Source of the DNA: Aquificaceae bacterium
GTDB lineage: Bacteria; Aquificota; Aquificia; Aquificales; Aquificaceae
Assembly: GCA_039630345.1 (NCBI GenBank)
Contig: JBCNVD010000016.1
Location: 1 to 27,778, forward strand
Direction: 5' to 3'
Length of the DNA stretch: 27,778 nt
Part shown: one piece after another, positions 24,995 to 27,778 of the stretch
How the letters are laid out: the number at the start of each line of letters is the position of its first letter
How positions within the stretch are numbered: the first letter of the stretch is position 1
Notes under the pieces: generated by a model
Seen by the model: the letters and a program-made list of their open reading frames with translations, nothing else
Database searches by the model: none
What the model was told of the DNA's origin: nothing
Program-made: the position numbers and the translations under genes

Positions 24995-25870
24995 TTATCT
25001 TCCTACTTTAATGCTTTTTATCTGCTCTAAAAGACGGATTATGGCAACTTCTTTCTTTTTTGCTTCTAAAATTACATCATAGTCGTAGCCTTTAAACATC
25101 TCTGTCATTGAGACAAAATCCTCAGGGAGAACCCAATCTCCATGCTCTCCAAATCTGTGTGGTCTTTGTGGCCTAGAAGATAGATGAAATTCCGGCTTTT
25201 TACCATTCCAGGTTTTTATAATATCCGCCGGGTCAAATTCAGAAGGGTTTAAGCTATGATGATAGTGGTCAAAGACTATGCTAATGCCCTCTTTTGCAAT
25301 TTCGAAAAGGTCTGATACGGAGTAATACCTCTCGTCGTTTTCAACTGCTAACCTCTTTATCAGCCATCTGTTTTCCTTCATGGTTTTTATAAATCTTTTT
25401 ATAGCCTCTTTTTTATCACCATAATGTCCGCCCACATGAATAACAACTATGGATTCTTCCCCAAGTCCAAGAAGGTCCAGGAGCCAAAAGTGGTATTCAA
25501 GCTCTCTTAGCGATGCATCCACTACGCTTTGATTTGGCGAACTCAGCACCACGAACTGTCCCGGGTGCATCGTTATCCTGATATTAAAAGAGTGGACTCT
25601 TTCCTTAATTTCAAGAATAATTTCCTCGACTTTTTTTAGCCAGTGCCGATTGAAGTTTTCATGGGAGGCAAAGGGAACAAAGTCAGAGCCAAGCCTAAAT
25701 ATCTTAAGATTAAGTGACTTTGAAATCTCAAGGAGTTTAATAAAATCCTGTGCGTTTTTGTGAGTTAGCTCGAGAACTTTTTCTAAAGTGAGGTTTTTGA
25801 GCTTTGGCTTTCTGTTGGTCGTTATACTAGAGTCTGCATTAGAGCAAAAAAATCCAAGCCCGATAGCCAC
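24995..25870 (-). CDS. uvsE: UV DNA damage repair endonuclease (UVDE)
   Basis: FRLGSD.VPFASH, RITMHPGQF.VL.SP, IHVGG.YG.K, ENDE, VFD.YHH, HLSS and LEAK.KE. GTG start 6 nt after a TATCAT box. Confidence 0.93.
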   Translation of the reverse strand: MAIGLGFFCSNADSSITTNRKPKLKNLTLEKVLELTHKNAQDFIKLLEISKSLNLKIFRLGSDFVPFASHENFNRHWLKKVEEIILEIKERVHSFNIRITMHPGQFVVLSSPNQSVVDASLRELEYHFWLLDLLGLGEESIVVIHVGGHYGDKKEAIKRFIKTMKENRWLIKRLAVENDERYYSVSDLFEIAKEGISIVFDHYHHSLNPSEFDPADIIKTWNGKKPEFHLSSRPQRPHRFGEHGDWVLPEDFVSMTEMFKGYDYDVILEAKKKEVAIIRLLEQIKSIKVGR

Positions 25871-25920
25871 TAGTTTATGATAGAGAAATCGGGCTCTTGT
25901 TTGTTGTTAATCTTTGAGTT

Positions 25921-26322
25921 TTAACCTTGGTTTTCTGAAGGTGCTGGTTTTAGGGTTTCAGTTTCATCATAGTATACATCAAAGCCGTGGAAGTTTATGG
26001 TTTTACCTTCTCTTTCTGTAGTTTGTAGCCCAAGATAGACTATCTTAACAAGACACTTCCCGTAGCGTTCTAGAACATAGCTGAGTTTCCACTCAAGCCC
26101 GGGTGGACAGAAGAACATATATCTTATAGGTTGTTTGTCTGAACTTAATATACTTGCAATAGTTGCAGAGTGCTTTTCTGAATAGAAAAGCTTTTCAATA
26201 TAGCCCTGCACTTCCTCTCTTGGCATTATGGTTGTGTAACCTTCTTTTTCCTTGCCCCAGTTAATCCAGATTGTAAGTATATCGTCTCTTGTGTGCTCTC
26301 CTACCTTTTTAAAGTTTGGCAT
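25921..26322 (-). CDS. Hypothetical protein (orphan; possibly OB-fold/SSB-like)
   Basis: 133-aa ORF with a strong GGGAGGT SD and a TATAAT -10 at 26352-26357 (-). Beta-rich C-terminal part. Confidence 0.75.
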   Translation of the reverse strand: MPNFKKVGEHTRDDILTIWINWGKEKEGYTTIMPREEVQGYIEKLFYSEKHSATIASILSSDKQPIRYMFFCPPGLEWKLSYVLERYGKCLVKIVYLGLQTTEREGKTINFHGFDVYYDETETLKPAPSENQG

Positions 26323-26350
26323 CTCTCTACCTCCCTCAATTAACTTACAA

Positions 26351-26357
26351 TATTATA
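26351..26357. promoter_or_regulatory. Putative bidirectional -10 element (orphan ORF / ftsY)
   Basis: TATTAT at 26351-26356 (+) is 6 nt before the ftsY ATG. TATAAT at 26352-26357 (-). Same register as at 2363-2369. Confidence 0.6.
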
Positions 26358-26362
26358 CAAAT

Positions 26363-27739
26363 ATGGCGTTTTTCTGGAGAAAATCATCAGAGGAAAAATC
26401 CGCAAGAAAAGGTGACAAGAGTGCTATCTTAAAGTTAATCGAGAGCGGCAAGCGGGCGCTTGCTATTGAGATTCTTGAAAATTTCAAAGAAGACCCGGAG
26501 TTAAGACCTATTTTGTTTCGTCTCTATATGGAGGAGGGTAAGTATTATTTTGCAAACCAGCTTATAGAGTATTATGACCACAACCTGGCAACTTCAAAGG
26601 AAAAGGCAGTTATATACGAACATGTCGGCGAGCTTGAAAAAGCAGCCAAAGAGTATGCAAAGCTTTCAGACTGGCAAAGCCTGGTAAAGGCCTGTAACCT
26701 GATGCTTGCGCTAGAAAGATCACAAGAAGCACTTGAATATTTGCAAAGAGCTAGTAAATTAGTCCCGCCTGCGAAAGCAGAAGAATTCTCCCAGATTGAG
26801 TATCAGATAAACAAGCGTCTTGGCCTGGTAAAAGAAGAAAGTCTGATAGAAAAGCTCAAAAAAAGCCTTAAGAAAACACGCGAAAGCGTGGAGCTTGCTT
26901 TTCTTTTAAGAACCAGAAATATTGACGAAGAACTCTTTGAAGAGCTTGAAGAGAAGTTAATTCACATGGATGTAGGGGCCAAACAATCCATAGAGATTGT
27001 AGAAGAGCTAAGAAAAACAGCTCTTAAGCGAGGCATTTCTACTTCAGAAGACCTTGTCAGAACCCTTGGGGAAATTTTGGAATATAGACTCAGTAAATGC
27101 TACTCTGCCTTGAAAGAACCAGCAGATAATCAAAAAGTTTATCTATTTCTTGGTGTTAATGGCTCTGGAAAGACTACCACTATAGGAAAGCTCGCTTATA
27201 AATTTAAATCCGAAGGGAAGCGTGTCCTTCTTTGTGCTGCGGATACATTTCGCTCTGCTGCTGTTGAGCAACTCCAAATCTGGGCAGAGCGCTCTGGAGC
27301 AGAGATAATATCAAAACCGGAAGGCACAGACCCTGCTTCAGTGGTATTTGAAGCAATGCAGCTACTAAAAGATTTTGATGCCATTTTAATAGACACGGCC
27401 GGAAGACTCCATACTAAAGAGCCTCTTATTAGGGAGTTAAGGAAGCTAAGGTCAGTTATCCAGCGCTTTAATCAAGAAGAGCCAGCAGAGGTTCTTCTGG
27501 TGCTTGATGCAACGCTTGGTCAGAATTCCTTTTCTCAGGCAAAGGTCTTTAAGCAGGCTCTGGATAACATATCCGGTGTTGTACTTACAAAACTTGATGG
27601 CTCTGCCAAGGGTGGCTGTATCTTTGGGATATGCAGTGAACTCTCTTTGCCGGTTAAACTTATTGGCGTCGGTGAGGGAATTGAGGACCTTTATGCATTT
27701 GAGCCATCGGCTTTTGTTAGCGGATTGATTGGTAGGTGA
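26363..27739 (+). CDS. ftsY: SRP receptor FtsY with an N-terminal helical (TPR-like) extension
   Basis: GVNGSGKTTT, AADTFRSAA.EQL, DTAGR, DATLGQN, TKLDGSAKGG and G.GE...DL..F. Start at MAFFW (26363). Confidence 0.96.
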   Translation: MAFFWRKSSEEKSARKGDKSAILKLIESGKRALAIEILENFKEDPELRPILFRLYMEEGKYYFANQLIEYYDHNLATSKEKAVIYEHVGELEKAAKEYAKLSDWQSLVKACNLMLALERSQEALEYLQRASKLVPPAKAEEFSQIEYQINKRLGLVKEESLIEKLKKSLKKTRESVELAFLLRTRNIDEELFEELEEKLIHMDVGAKQSIEIVEELRKTALKRGISTSEDLVRTLGEILEYRLSKCYSALKEPADNQKVYLFLGVNGSGKTTTIGKLAYKFKSEGKRVLLCAADTFRSAAVEQLQIWAERSGAEIISKPEGTDPASVVFEAMQLLKDFDAILIDTAGRLHTKEPLIRELRKLRSVIQRFNQEEPAEVLLVLDATLGQNSFSQAKVFKQALDNISGVVLTKLDGSAKGGCIFGICSELSLPVKLIGVGEGIEDLYAFEPSAFVSGLIGR

Positions 27740-27751
27740 TAAAATATTCCT

Positions 27752-27778
27752 GTGATCCTGCATCCTCTCTTCTCTTAT
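27752..27778 (+). CDS. Possible start of the next gene (MILHPLFSY..., truncated by the window edge)
   Basis: Extended -10 TGaTAAAAT (27737-27745), 6 nt, then GTG at 27752 with the frame open to the end. Only 9 codons are visible. Confidence 0.35.

Noticed and set aside
1725..27763. Numerous 60-142 aa antisense or alternate-frame ORFs in the track
   Set aside because: They lie within or across well-supported genes, lack motifs and initiation signals, and look like shadow ORFs.
1..27778. Very frequent GAGCTC/GAGCTT hexamers
   Set aside because: Adequately explained by the common Glu-Leu codon pair (GAG CTN) and Arg-Ala (AGA GCT); no positional pattern seen.
1..27778. CRISPR array, transposase, prophage, riboswitch or rRNA
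   Set aside because: No regularly spaced repeats or mobile-element genes, and intergenic spacers are too short (about 60 bp at most) for large structured RNAs.

Overview
Gene-dense, roughly 40% GC core-genome segment. It most likely comes from a thermophilic member of the Aquificae (inferred from the stand-alone Aquifex-type atpA, the two-CxxC protein disulfide oxidoreductase, the bifunctional PGI/PMI and an FtsY with a helical N-terminal extension). It holds about 35 CDS, mostly housekeeping (asd, trpC, pgk, suhB, murC, recJ, yggS, dxs, smpB, atpA, ruvX, uvsE, ftsY), and one tRNA-Arg(CCG). I see no CRISPR array, integrase, transposase or prophage. The notable signals are: (1) most transcription-unit heads look leaderless, with a TAnnnT -10 box 5-8 nt before the start codon, and all four divergent gene pairs share overlapping back-to-back -10 boxes; (2) about ten GC-stem mini-hairpins with C-GAA-G, C-GAAA-G or similar loops, mostly inside coding sequences; (3) a cluster of a JAB/MPN protease, a small protein ending GG-AKKIEVE, an output-less sensor-like membrane protein and a TusA-DUF3343 fusion; (4) trpC apparently starts at a CTG codon; (5) an orphan protein with a possibly phage-like OB/SSB motif, a Lit-like (TIGR01906) gene 10 nt after the tRNA, and two possible IS200/IS605 end remnants. 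Family assignments are from motif recognition only; no database search was run.
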